NCBI GenBank assembly: GCA_964200185.2
Contig: CAXNAD020000022.1
Coordinates: forward strand, 1 to 45,669
Origin: Choristocarpus tenellus KU-1152
Lineage: Eukaryota; Protista; Phaeophyceae
Reading direction: 5' to 3'
DNA: 45,669 bases
The position numbers were made by a program, and so were the translations under genes. The notes under the pieces were generated by a model. It saw only the letters and a program-made list of their open reading frames with translations, did no database searches and was not told the origin of the DNA. Shown piece by piece: positions 1-13,500 of this stretch (positions are counted from its first letter, which is position 1; the number at the start of each line of letters is the position of its first letter).

Positions 1-312
1 TTTGCCCCTATCCCCCGGAAAAATATCAACCCGGTAGGCCTTAGGGCATGGTGGGGGAGATGTGTAGGGGAAGGGGGGGGGGGAGGAAGGGGTGGGGATG
101 TATTGTACCATGTACCAAGATGACTTCAAGAGTTTTAGGAGAGAGATTAATGTTATGGGAAAAGGGATGCTTTTTCATATCTTGGGTGGACATTCTTGCC
201 CGGTAGGGTTGTTGTTCTGAGGGGCACTGTGTGATAGTACAGTAAATGTATACATTTACACCTTCTTCATTCTATGGGTCCACATCACAGGTCCGCGTTC
301 AGTTACCTCGAC

Positions 313-545
313 CAGTGACTCCTGACCCAGACATGGGTCCAGGACAGTTGACTGATAATCAGACTTGGACCAGGCCCTGCAGAGCTTTACGCAAACTTTG
401 CAACCTGTTGAATCCTACCGAGTCCAGGTTCCTAATTCTGTAACAGTGACTCCTGACCTAGACGTGGGTCAAGGGCAGCTGATTGAGGGTTTAACCAAGA
501 CTGAACGCACAGATTAGCTTGTGATCTGTTCAACCTGCTACGCAT
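313..545. repeat. Diverged tandem duplication, about 131 bp period
   Basis: CAGTGACTCCTGACC(C/T)AGAC(A/G)TGGGTC at 313 and 444. Confidence 0.85.
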
Positions 546-1343
546 GTGGCCCTTGGCTGTATATTGATCACCCCCCACACATTGTACATGGCCTTCCTTA
601 ACATATGATGGTGAAGGGGTGGAACTCTTCATGCCACAATATGCCATTGCCACATATGCAAATGACCTGTTGGACGGCCCAGACACGTCTTCTGATCCGT
701 GCCAACAGTATACCTCACAACTCTTAAGCCTAACGCAGACCTCGTGCAGGTACCTGCCAATATTTTGAGGTGCACCCACTGTACCACCGAGGCAGTAGTC
801 TTGAGCAAAGAATTGCCACCTAGGTAGTACAGCACTATGCCAATATATGAACAAAGCCAAAGTGTAGGGTCCGGTACAACTTCATCTGTAGGCCTTTTGC
901 ACAGAACAAACCAAATACAACCTCTGGTCCTAAGACCTCTTCCTGATAGTATATATTTTTTCCGATATTCTCTTGTATTTGTACAGAGGTCCATATCCAT
1001 CAATATTAATATCAAGTGCCAAAAGCCAAAAGTATCATGACCAACCTGATAACAATCATTAAGCAACCATCAAAAATAAGGACGGATATTGTATTTGATG
1101 GAGCTCCTCGCTGGAATTTCTACATTTTGTCATGTCATTAGGAACAACTCCAACCCTAGACAAAAATCAGTACGAACCATTTTACTGAGAATGGAGGACC
1201 TGCCCTGGCAAGAAATCAGTATCAGAACCGAGAATAGGTCTCAACATACAGAGTTCTACTAATGTGCTCCTAAAAATAGTAATAGGAATATTCTCAGTGC
1301 AATCCCAAACCCAGCTCAACCCTACAAATCAAAAAGAGCTTAC

Positions 1344-1583
1344 CCTCCTGAGTGCGGTTTCATGTGGCCTCATAACACGCCCTTGCACCCCCCCCTCCCC
1401 TGGAACAGTCATCAGTCTCTTCGTCTGCTGTCCAGGTATCGGTTCCTCTGGTTGGTACCCACCAACGGTAGGGAAGCCCTGGTCCAGTCCCATAACCCTC
1501 AGCAGAAGGACTTGGAGCTCTCGAAGAAGACAAGCACGCCTCATTACCAATCCGTCATCACATGCACCTCCCCCCTCTCCCTC
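1344..1583 (-). CDS. ORC3: ORC3 exon 17 (EGEGGG...LRELQVLLLRVMG...PHETALRR)
   Basis: TTGCAG acceptor, AGG|GTAAG donor, 240 nt, phase 0-0; loosely resembles the ORC3 segment before the winged helix. Confidence 0.72.
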
Positions 1584-4500
1584 CTGCAACTCAAAACAAG
1601 AATGGGCATGGAATTGCATTGAGAAGAAGAGGTGTGTTTGTAGGGAAAAAAGCAAAAAAGAAAGGGAGTTGCATCAAGATGGGGAGGCGTAACTTTTGAA
1701 AAACAGCACCAAAGGAAAAGAGTTGTGTCAAGATGAAGAGGACTTCTTATGGAAGAAACAACCCAAAAGAAAAGGAGCTGTATCAAGAGGGAGAGAGGTA
1801 TGACTGTAGAAGAAGAAATAGCATCGAAGGAGAAGGACACCAATCAAAGTCTCTACACTGGTTACATTGGAGTGATTGCAAAAACAAATGTTCTCATCAG
1901 ACAGAAAAACACCACAAAATGGGTGTGATATAGGGAAGTATACAATATGGAGTTGGTGGGATCACAGTATAATGGATCAACTTTATACCATCAGCAATAT
2001 ACCGCGCATCATCATACCGACCCACTGAACTCCCAACAAGTAGTCAATTACGATCTCCATCTTGTCAAGAAAATTGGGTTAGGGTTAGGGCTTCAAACAA
2101 ATTAGCACCATCTACCTCCCTGATATAATGTGGGTGTTGCGTTTCTGTAGGCATTACAATACTATCGGCATTCTCATCACTACGTAGTAGGATAAATAGT
2201 AGAAATTAAACCAAGATCATGACAAAATATGTCCCTATCTCATAAAATTTTCTTACTTTTTCCAAGAGTTGCCTAACCCTGACCCTAACCCTAAGTTTCA
2301 ATTGGGATCACTATTATCACTATCATTCCTTTCAAGTGTTATTATTATTATTATCACCCCTGCAGCAGCTATAACTGTATCACACATTTCTTGCTTCTAG
2401 ATGTATCACATTGGTTGTGTAGGAAGGTGTATCTTCCTTGCTTTCAAATGGTACTCCATTGTTGCCGTTGTAACCACTACTGGGATATCTTGTATGTTAT
2501 CTATTTCTTTCTCCTGGCAGCAAACCTACCTGCACTGCACACAATTGCCTTTACCATACTTGTTAGAATGAGCAGCAAGGTACTTTGTCGGTACAATAAA
2601 AACCTCATTGAAAAAGATATCGTCATCAAAAACGTTCAAGTGGTCAACTATATTCCTGCCCAGCATAGAGTAAAAGAAAGCAAGGGAGATGTGTGTTTTG
2701 CCCAATCTAGACTATTAAGGGTTCCTTTCTACTTCTTCATTGAAAAAAATATAAACATTCAGAAAAAGGGCATCGACGAGGTTCATTTATTTCTACTACA
2801 AAATTGAACATACTCACTAAACAGTCAAAATGCACTCCACACCTGTGGAATGTGTACTCCCAAAAACTGTTCCACCAGAAAGTCAAAAAGGGGACATTAA
2901 CACTCCCGAGGTTACATTATACCATAACAGAATAGGACTAGGGTTACAAGATATACAGACTATGCAAAGGAGTATGTTAGCAGTAAATCTGAATTCTCAG
3001 GTCAACACTGTTTGGGATGAGCAATATAGTGATCATCAAGTGAGTATTTAATTCACTGAATGATGGACTGTAAGCATTCCACAGTAATATTGTGGGATTT
3101 GCTCTGCTCTATATGAAGGTCAAAGAAGGGTTCATAGCCAAGAAAATGAAGGCAATAGATATCCTCTCTCTCACCTACTTCAACCCATACATATGCAATA
3201 ATATACCAACACAATAAATGAGAAAAAAATATTTGATAGAAACAGAACAATAAATATGTAAATATTTATGCATGTCAAATTTTTTTTGATAGTAACAGAA
3301 TAATAAATAAGAACTTATTTATGTTTAAACTGCATGCTCTACCGCATATCTTCCCCCAGAGCATTTCAGGTACATGCAGCTCCTCGCCCACACGCAATTT
3401 CTGTGCCATTCCATATATTTTTCAATTTCCGTTCTTGTGCACCCAACTAAATAAGTTGGTCTTTTACAGGATTTATTACATCACCCGCAAAGAAATGTTA
3501 GGGTCAGGATTAGGGATACGGCATACTTCAAAAGTAGTAACAAGTATTTACTTCAATCTAGAGTGTTGGACAGCTCTAAGCAGCTCTAAGAAGACAAGAG
3601 CTCCAGTGTATGTATCTTTCCGCTTGGAGACCCAAAGTATCTTGTAGGGTAGGACCGCGTCCATTTGGGGCCAAAATCCAATTTTGTGATTTGATGTAAT
3701 TTTGGCTATCGTGTTTGTTAGGAAGTTTCAGTATCCTTGTCCCCAACACACCTTTTCATAACATATAAATTTTACCTACTCAGAAACACTTTGGAGTAGG
3801 AAAATGTCATAAAAAAACCCATGGGAAGCCAAGCCCCAAATGGACAAACAGGGTGAAACTCGTATCCTCTCTTAGTAAGAGACTTTCACTCTGGAGTACC
3901 TTGCTCAGTTTATTTTGGTACAAACTGTAAAACGTTTCTCTCACAGCAAAAATACCATGTTCGTTGTGTAACAAGTCTTTTTATCTTTCCAAGAGCAAAA
4001 TGTTTCCTTTTATCTTTCGTAGGGTTCTTAGATTGATCCTTGACAAATGATAATCCTATTCTCGTACTCTTCTGAAGGAGAAACAAATGAATTGAGTGTG
4101 AATTCTTGATATACTATTGTTGTTAAGTTACTTTCAAGTAGTTGTGGGCAGACAACCTCCTCTTACCACCTATTTCCTGTTTGTCAGTCTCCAATTAGAA
4201 ACCTGACCCCCCACACATCATTTTTTTTTTAATGCTTTTTCTTTGGACCTTCACAAAAGTCTTCTCAACTCTTAACGTTTAAAAAAATTTAATACTACAC
4301 ATACACAAATGAAATCAGTAGTATCACATCAGATAAGCTGTCTACAAATATTATTTCTATTGCTATTTTTGTGCACTCACATCTATTGACGCAGATGTTC
4401 CACCATCCTCCTTAGTAGCACTAATGTTAACAACCTCTGAACTCTTGCTTTCGGCGGCTCTGACGACAGCTGGGCTCACCCATGAACCAACCATCACACG

Positions 4501-7500
4501 CCTGGGAGGCACAATGCGTCCCTCTGAAGAACCAGGGTTAGGACTATTTGTGTTTGGGGTCTTGTTCAAGAGGTTCTTCATATTGCCCTCTTTGTCCATC
4601 TCCTCCCCTGCTTCTGCTACAGAGCTAGCTACACAGTCAGGCAGAGGGTCAGATTCAGAGATAGTCACAGAGCTAACCCTAGAGTCAGGAACAGAACTGG
4701 CTCTAATCCCTCCTTTTCCATGCTCCTCCCCAGGTAGTTGTTTGGTGACAGCGTCAACTGCTGCGCCAGAAACAGAGTTAGTTGCAGTCTCAACCTGTGG
4801 CAGAGCCGAGTCTTGCATCCTCACCACCTCATTGACCAATCTGCTCCCTTGCGTGACCTTGTGCCTCTGGGCACTACCACCTCCACTCCCCATCCCCCCT
4901 GCTTCTGCATACCCAGCTCCCCCAAGGCTGTTGATGAGAGGAGCATTGTCACACTGTGGCAGGCGTTGCCGCTCACCTTCCTAGAAAAACAAAAATATAG
5001 GGAGGGGCGAGTTTGGGGGGGAGAGGGGAGGGTGTTGTGGTTCTATTCTAACTAGTGCAAGAGATGAGGCACGTATCAACAGCTCCATTCACAATTTACT
5101 ATTTCCTTGTCTTTGTTCAGAAAAATATATTAAATAAGGTACAAAATTGAAGCACCTCTGATCGAACTCCAGGGAGGGTATACTCTTTGATAGCATATGA
5201 TTTCATTCTGCATACGTCCTAATCCTAACCCTAACCCATGATGCTAAATACCAGAATTCACAACCTTGGTGGTGACTAGTGGAGATCTAGATCTCTGTTG
5301 TGATACTTCTTGTCAGTGGCGTGGTTGGGGTTAGTGTTAGGGTCAGGGCTATAGTTGCACTTAAGATACCTAACCCTGACCTGTGTATCTTTTCTTTTCA
5401 CTCTTTTAACACAGATAAGAAAATATACTGGTTCGATATTCGAAATGGCTATATTTTCAACCACGGGACTGATACCCCTCAGGCTATTGTGAAAAAGAAC
5501 ATAAATAATGTGATGACCATCCTTAGGCCTTACACCAACTGAACCTTCAGAGCATGGAATAACAGTTGAATCGATTCTGATCCTAACCCTAACACTAACC
5601 CTTCAATAAAAAGAAAACAACAGTTGAACCGATTCTGTTCACCATCCAGCAATGAAAGCAATGTCCCGTAATGACTCTCAATCTCTTCATTGGAAAGGAT
5701 ATCATTTTGTACGGTTCATTACCTAAGAAGCCCTCTATACACTGTATCCAAACCGAACTTTAGCATTTAAAAAATATACCTAACTTGTACCTTCATTCAC
5801 AAGGATTTGTGGCATATCTAGAAACGCCTCATTACCATCCATCGCAGTAGTATACCTTCAAAACCCTATCCCTATCCCTATCCCTAATCCTAACTCTACT
5901 TCTAGCTCTCACCTGAGGTTCTGCCCAACCTTCCTCCAATGCTCTAGTCCACAGCCGTTTCAAACACAGTGCGCTCTGCCTCAAAGGCATCGCCTCTGAA
6001 ACTGCAAACCCTGAAACAGCTGGCGGTATGTCACTCCCAGTTTTCCCCACCATACCCCGAGCCTTTACTTCCAGGGTATTATCCGGCACAATGCCTACCT
6101 CCTTGGTCTCGGTTGAGCTCGTATTCTCCTGCTCACCACCTTCAGATGCACGTTGACATGCGTACGTAGCCATTTGATTTGACAATGACCTTATCTCGCC
6201 CTGCCCCTGGCCTTGACCCTGGCCCCGATCCTGAACACTGCTTCCACCCCCTTCATCTGTATCCCCCTGGTCAACACGTCTTTTTGCATATGTGTCTGAA
6301 GTGATTTGATTGCACAATGGCGTTGATTCTCTCTGGCCCTGGTCCTGCCCCTGGGCACTATCCTCTCTGCCGTCATCCTTCTGGCTGGTTCGATCTTCTG
6401 CCTGCCCACACCTTCCATCTGCATATGTACCTAAGTTTGGAGTGATCAGATTGACCGACGAGCTTCTTGTTGAGGGTAGAGCGTCGATCAAGGACTGCAA
6501 CAACGCAATCACTTCCTTTGCAGGAACATCTGCAAGTCCCACTGCAGCCTTTAAGGGATATAATAAGAGCAGCAAGGTGGTAGCGAGGGTAGAAAGCCAG
6601 GAGTTAGGGAGGGTGAAAACACCTCGAATTTTGTACAGCTCTAGGCAGGGGGGTTTCATATATCCAAGTATGATTACTTTAAAGCAGACTTGTGAATATT
6701 GCTGATAGGTCACCACAAATTCCTGCTTCTCATTGGTCAGAAGTTTATTCCCTCTCGACTATACCATGAACAACTCTTTGCCACCCCACCCTCCCTATCC
6801 TGGAGACCCTCACAATGGAGGCCACTGTCGGTATGACATTAGCAATTACCGATTAGGATAGCCAATCGCGCTACTCGGAATTCAGTGTTTAGGCGTCAAT
6901 CTTTGAGTAAAAAAAATACAACATAAGAGAACTTATAAAATGAAACTACTTTCAGATGTGTTCCAAAAGTCATGTTGTCTTTGTTGACTATTTCCTGGGA
7001 AAAGTCATGCTACGCCATAGTGGTGTGTTGGGATGTGCTGCGAATAGGGAGGTACGATTGTTTTTTTTATCCCCAGATATATATATATATATTTTGTAAG
7101 CATGTAACCAAACAATTTGAAGTATTAATATAATACCAATCTTATCCCAAGAAATATATAATGCTAGCATCTGGTTTTTAAACCATTAATAAATCATAAA
7201 ACCCTTAAGAGTATTTCTATTGTTGTCATCAACTTAGCAAACCCTTAGGCAGTATGTATCGAAGTTTGGAGATGAATTTTACACCCCCATAAAAAGTGAC
7301 GGCCATTGTATTGTATTATACCATACTATATTTATTGCATTGTGTTATTTGTATTATATTCTGCTCTACTGTATTGTGGTCTTTCTATTCTCTTCTCCCC
7401 AAGACATCTCCAACATGTCAGTGTACATAAAAATAACATATTGTATTGCATAAAGTTGTGCTGTATAGTAATCTATTGCCACTCTAAGCCTACTAACATC

Positions 7501-10500
7501 TTCAAGATGTTGTCATGAGACATGAGAGAGAAAAGGCAAGGAATACAGCAACCTTGACAACAACAGAGTCTGTACTGGTACTCTTGTACTACTATTATTG
7601 TACTGCTACTTTTGTACTACTATTATTGTAATGGTACTCTTGTACTTCTATTACTGTACTGCTACTTTTGTACTACCATTATTGTACCGCTACTCTTGTA
7701 CTACTATTATTTTACTGCTACTCTTGTACCACTATTATTGTACTGCTACTATTGTTGGTTACAGTGAAGGCCTTCTGATACACCAAAAAAGAGTTCCAGG
7801 AATAAAAACATGATTGAAATGTAGAAATAAAGAAAACCCACTAAGACACATACAGCTGAAAGTGCTGATAAATTGGCATACTGAAGGCTGTCCAGAAACA
7901 AGGGAAGAGTCAGACTGTCAAGACCTGCCTTGCCTACTGGCCAGTTGTCTCTAGCTCAGCATGCCAAATACCCATTTTATTAACCTTAACCCTAATCCTA
8001 ACCCAACCTTGAATTAGTGACAGTGCATACCCATTTTTTTTACTGTGTTATAAAGTGCCGTACATTGCACCTAACCCTAACCCTAACCCTAACCCTATAT
8101 TATCATATATCTTCACGTAAGTATGACGGATCTCACACCTTTAGTCAGAAGCAAAGCTATTAGAACCAAAACAACAGGAAAAAGGACAAAAGAATTACAA
8201 ATATTAAAACAAAAGTATACATATGAAAAACAAAAGGAAACAACAGATAGATACAGTCATTACCCATCCAGAAGGTAGATATAAACACCATTGACAGCAC
8301 CACCATCAAGGGTCAAGGCTCAAAAGGGTATCATCCATCCATCTGTCAAGACACCACTCACCACATATCATTAGAGCGAAAACCCTAACCATGAGGTTAA
8401 TTAACCCTATTCCTAGCCCTAATTGTTCATATGACTCAGATGGTACTATAATATAAAAGAAAGTAGTGGGTGTGCTAGACAATCTCCTCCACCTTCCCAT
8501 CCAAGCGTCTCTCACCCTTCTGACTGCCAGGAGGTATCCGGCTGATTGTTGTCCCTTGGACATGACCCCCAGCAGCTTCAGGCAGCCACCCTGCTGCCCA
8601 CGTGTCTGTTCTCCCTTCCCTATCTGTTGGTTCTTACTGCAGTCCTTACTCTGGTCCTTTCTGTGGTCCTTGCTGTGCTTCCTAAGGGTGGCATCTTGTA
8701 CCTGAGAGAGGAATTAATCGCGAGTGTGTTAGTTTTGTCTATTATCTCTGCATATTATACACCAATTAATGAAATATATTGATGTATGTATATGCTAAAA
8801 GCATAGACCTATGCATGTCTGTTTAGTTATAGTTGTGTTTGTGTGTGATCTACCAAAAAGTAAGTGTATGCTAAAAAGAGGAAGCTGATTTGCAAGCAAA
8901 ACAAGTTAGGAAATGAACACCTATTTGTACAAAAAAAACTGTAGCAACACATTTAGCTACAGTACCAAGTACACCATATGAATATGGTCCTCTATCCCAT
9001 AGGTCATTATTGTTATGGTTTTTTGTGATTAGTTTTTTCAAATGTGAGATTCAGAAAAAAAATAACATCATTCAATAATAATAACGTCAACAACTTCGGC
9101 TTACACACAGGTACTTTCAAAATATATTTTCATGTCAAAATCGGTGAGAAACCGCCCCCTTCACACAAACGCTTTTCACAGAAATGGCAGAGTTAGCAAA
9201 AACCGAAAAAACCGCTCCAAAATACGGCCATTTCCGGAAAATTTCACGGAAATGGCTGGAAATGAAGGTTAATCAGTCACAATGTCTCACTAGATGAGGT
9301 TGGTTGCATTGAATTCCTTGGCGTTTTTTGGATCAAATTAATTACTCGTCACTCTCATTCTCTCCCTCAATCCACCAAGCCGTGGCCGTGTTGTACACAT
9401 CTCAAAAACGAAATAATTATCAGAAACCCTAACAATACGAAATAATTGGATAGAGGAATATATATATATATAGCAATGGAATATATGAATGGGTTGGTTG
9501 GTTAGATGGTCGGATGTGTGGATGGATAAATGTACGACTAGGTAGATGATTGATAGATGGTTGAATAGATGAATGGTTGAATAGACAGGTGGGTAGATAG
9601 ACTGATCGCTGTATCGACGGATGGATAGATGACTGGGATGACTGAAATGATTTATCGAGTGGTTTGGTGGTCAAATTGATTAATAGATGTATGAATAATT
9701 GGTTGGGTGTTTCGATGAATGGACGGATGGATGGACAAATGGATGGGTGGTCAGGTTAATGATTTGATAGATAGGTAATGGCACTTGACTCAACTCCAGT
9801 TCAGCTTTTCTCTATTTGGTCATGTACAATAAAGTATGTATACAAGGGACACATAGCAACCAAAACTAGAAAAATAGTACATGCATCATTTTGAGGGTTA
9901 GGGTTAGGGTTTAACCTTCAAGTCAACCCCATAGAAATTAACTGTTGTCATAGGGATCCAAAAAGGATGGGATAATGTGCACAACAAAAGAGAGACATTA
10001 CAAATCAAGGTTAACTAACACCTTGCCGATATCCTATTTGCTACCTGGTATCAGCAAAACATACTCCAGTACCTGTACTGTAATTACCTTTGAGAACCTC
10101 CATAAAATCACTATAGCATCTTCAATGAAATTACATTTCAGAACCACCATAAGCCAGGAGGTACCAACCAAAGGACCCCAGTAACTTTACAGCACCTAAC
10201 TTTGAAAACCTCCACAAAACCAGAAAATGTTTAACCCTAACCCTAAGCAAACATTAATCGATACCAACAAACACGATTGAGCACAAGCACCTTCATAGTC
10301 TGAGCTTATTTCTTGAGAATCACAAAAACCGGCTGGTATGAAAAAAACATTTCAGCATCTGTATTGAAAAGAACAATCACAACAATGCCAGGTGGTATCA
10401 AGCAAATGACTCAACAAACTTTACTTAACATACCTTCGAGAACCACCACAAGGCCAGCATGAACGACGCCCTCCGATGAAGGGCTCCTTCTATCATGCCT

Positions 10501-13500
10501 TTAGCCTACACAGGAAGAAAGAACAGAACGAAACTGTTGATCCAGCTGTAACTGTCATAAAACTACAAAAATTGGCCATAAGAAATCTACCTGTTGTCGT
10601 GAGTAGATCAAATGAGCATAATAACAAGGCAAAGTGCCATCAATAACAAAACAAATTGTTCGAAATGTTGTAGCTACCACCATGAGCAAATCAACAAATC
10701 CTATCACACCATAATACAATGTTACTTCCATAATTTAACAACTCAAATTGCCATGAACAAATCAAATGACCATATCAAATTCACCTGTCAAAGATAAAAA
10801 ATCAAATCACCATTCTAGGCGTGACTGTCTACATGAACAGATACAGTTGCCAAAATCAACTCCCAAGTGGTGGTACATACAGAAAACACAGATACAGTAC
10901 CTGCTCCAAACAACGTTCTTAAGGGGTAGGTGAGAAAATGTCACAATTTGATCATACAATTCAAGCAAGAACATTAGGGTGATATACTCGTAATGGACAC
11001 TATTTGTCTCCCTCTCGGAATTTTGTAGAAATTGAAAGTCATACAAATAGTTCTCTGGAGGACATAGTCCACATATTTCAATTTCAAGTTTCCTTGTCAG
11101 TCAACCCTAACCCTAACCCTATTTGACATCGGAAAGCAAACAAAATTAAGGCAAAGTACTTTGCAGGCAATATGGACGCATTCAATTTCAGGGACTACCC
11201 TTGACCCAGCAGGAGGGTCATCAATGCACTGGCAGGTGCCACCAGCTTGAGTCATGATAGCAAGACAGGGCAAAAACCTCTCTCCTTGGAAATGGGGACA
11301 GTTTTAGGATTAGCTTAGGTTGATGCATCAATGAGAACAACAGAAGGGGCATCAGGAGACAATGTTGGCGGCTATATGGATTGGACTGAAACATACCTTA
11401 CCACTTAACAAATATCGAATGTGGGCAGTAGCAATACTACGGAAACGATCTGATAGGATGTTTGCAAAGGACTTGTAGCACCCCAATGTCAATCCTAGCC
11501 CAACTCAATCATTGAGGTTTGTTTCCTGTTGGGTAAGCAACAAACCTGTTCTAATGACATGGGAGAGACCTTACTTGCCCCAACCCCTGCTGCCTTAGTA
11601 GCCTCCATAGCCATATTAACTGACCCAGAGCCAACAGCAGAGCTGTCTCCTAAAGGTAAGGCTACAGAGCTGTCTGATGCAGCAGAGGTGGTTACAGGGA
11701 CTACTTCAAGTTCAGAATAGGTTTTGCCCCATAGGAGTTCCAGGAATGCATGAGGCATTCTGTGAGAGTCACCAGAGAGCTTTGCTCCGCAGTACTCTAA
11801 GACAGCCTTGGGTCTACCATCGTAGCCATACCTTCACATTTAGGGTTAGGTTTAGGGTTAGGGTTGGGGGTTAGTCCTATGGGCTATTAGTAGGCCTTAC
11901 TGCATATGGGTAGAGTTAGGGCTGGCAATATGGTAAAATATGTTTAGGTTGAGGTATGGGCTTGGGTTAGAGATAAGGTAGGGTTAGGGTTAGGGTTAGG
12001 GTTAGCGTTAAGGTTCGGGGTCACGGATAAGTGCTTAGGAGGAGAAAGCTAGACATTTTATGTAGGCCCATGCATTCATTAATAAACTCTCTAAGAATGT
12101 AACATATGTGATCCCCATGGGAAAAGAAGCATACTTGAATCAGTGTTGTGAACCATACCAATTGTATACATCCAATCTCTAAGAATCAGTCAATCAAAGA
12201 AGAGTCTTGTGTCTACTTCAAACTCTCACTGTGAGCTATTTCTATTTTCTTTCCCAAAGGCAGTGATTCGTGACACTCAAGTGCCATTTTCTGCAACTTA
12301 GGGTCAGGGCTAGCCAGGTTTGGTGCACTGCACACAATCCTTGACTCTTGTTTGTGAATTGAGGATTATTCAGCAAATTAAATTATTGGGTAGTAAGGAT
12401 GTGTGACTTCAATTCTTCCCAAATCTATCAAATCACTTATTTTCCTTCATTATGGTCATCACTCAAGGCAGAGACCTTGCCGGCAAATTCAGTTCAAGAG
12501 GCCAAAAATGGTCTAAGATTCCTCAAAGAAACTTAAATCCAACATACACGTTAAATTATTCTATCCACCATAGCCTAAAGACTAGCCCAACCCATGGTCA
12601 GAGGCACTACACACTATAGCATCCACAGGTATACAGGTTAGGGTTAGGGCTAGGGGCTTTTTGCTGTTGAGTGGCAGTGTTTAGGAGTGTGGCCCTAACC
12701 CAAACTTCTTCTAATATCTTCTGAACCACATCAAAGTTGAACGAATACCAAGGTTCTTGGTCAAACGACCTATCAGACCTTTTAATAGAATGTGATACTA
12801 ATGATACTGGAAACATGGACCAAACAGTGCTGTTCAGAAATCCCAGTGACCAATCAAAAAAAGTAGTGCTAGAACAAAATAAAATGAAACAAAACATGTT
12901 GTGATGATCTCACACCTCTTCAGCCTGTGGAATGGTTGAAGCTGACTGACCAATCAGCACTGTTAAAGAGTTCCCTTTTTTCTCCTAATAACTGACCAAT
13001 CAGAAAGGGCATCACTGCACTGGAATGAAAACACACACCTCTTGAGCCATGATGGGCAGTGATGCATGCATAGGTAGCTAGATGGCCTGGAGAAGTGCTC
13101 AAATACCATGCGGTCCACCTATTTTTTGTTAAAGAGACAAAAAAAACATGCACAAAAGAGGTATACCCCAGCTGAGATATACACTAAACTGTTCACAAGA
13201 AACTCCCAAGTACACACCTTACTTCTAAAGAAGGAAGAGAGGAAAGAAAATGGAACAAGAAAGGGCATAAAATGCATACAGCATCTGAGATGTGTATCAT
13301 ACTGTGCATAGGTAATTTCTAATGAATGTAGTTTGATTTTGATGAATAAATGGATTTTTTCAACATGTGAAAATATTTCCTGCTCCATATCCCCCCAGAG
13401 CTGGCTCCGTAGCTCCTTCCTACCTATCCTTGTTCTCACATGTCTAACCAGTGTTTGGAGGGAATGGTGCGAGTTCGAAAAGGCTCTGGTCAGCCAATCC

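Noticed and set aside
1-860. ORF 432-860 and a possible exon starting near 39 (AYRVDIFPGDRGK) as the ORC3 continuation
   Set aside because: No recognisable ORC3 motif; the ORF overlaps a tandem duplication; the exon near 39 has a plausible acceptor but is cut off by the window edge.
3342-3450. Possible extra ORC3 exon (KLRVGEELHVPEMLWGKIC or other frames)
   Set aside because: Weak acceptor and no phase 0-0 solution; exons 16 and 17 already join in frame.
8070-8098. TTAGGG/CCCTAA runs as a true telomere or fusion point
   Set aside because: The runs are only a few units long, occur in both orientations and lie inside introns of an intact gene.
9087-9270. CpG-containing segment with hairpin GCCATTTCCG..CGGAAATGGC
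   Set aside because: Probably a transposon remnant, but there is no second copy or definable ends in the window.
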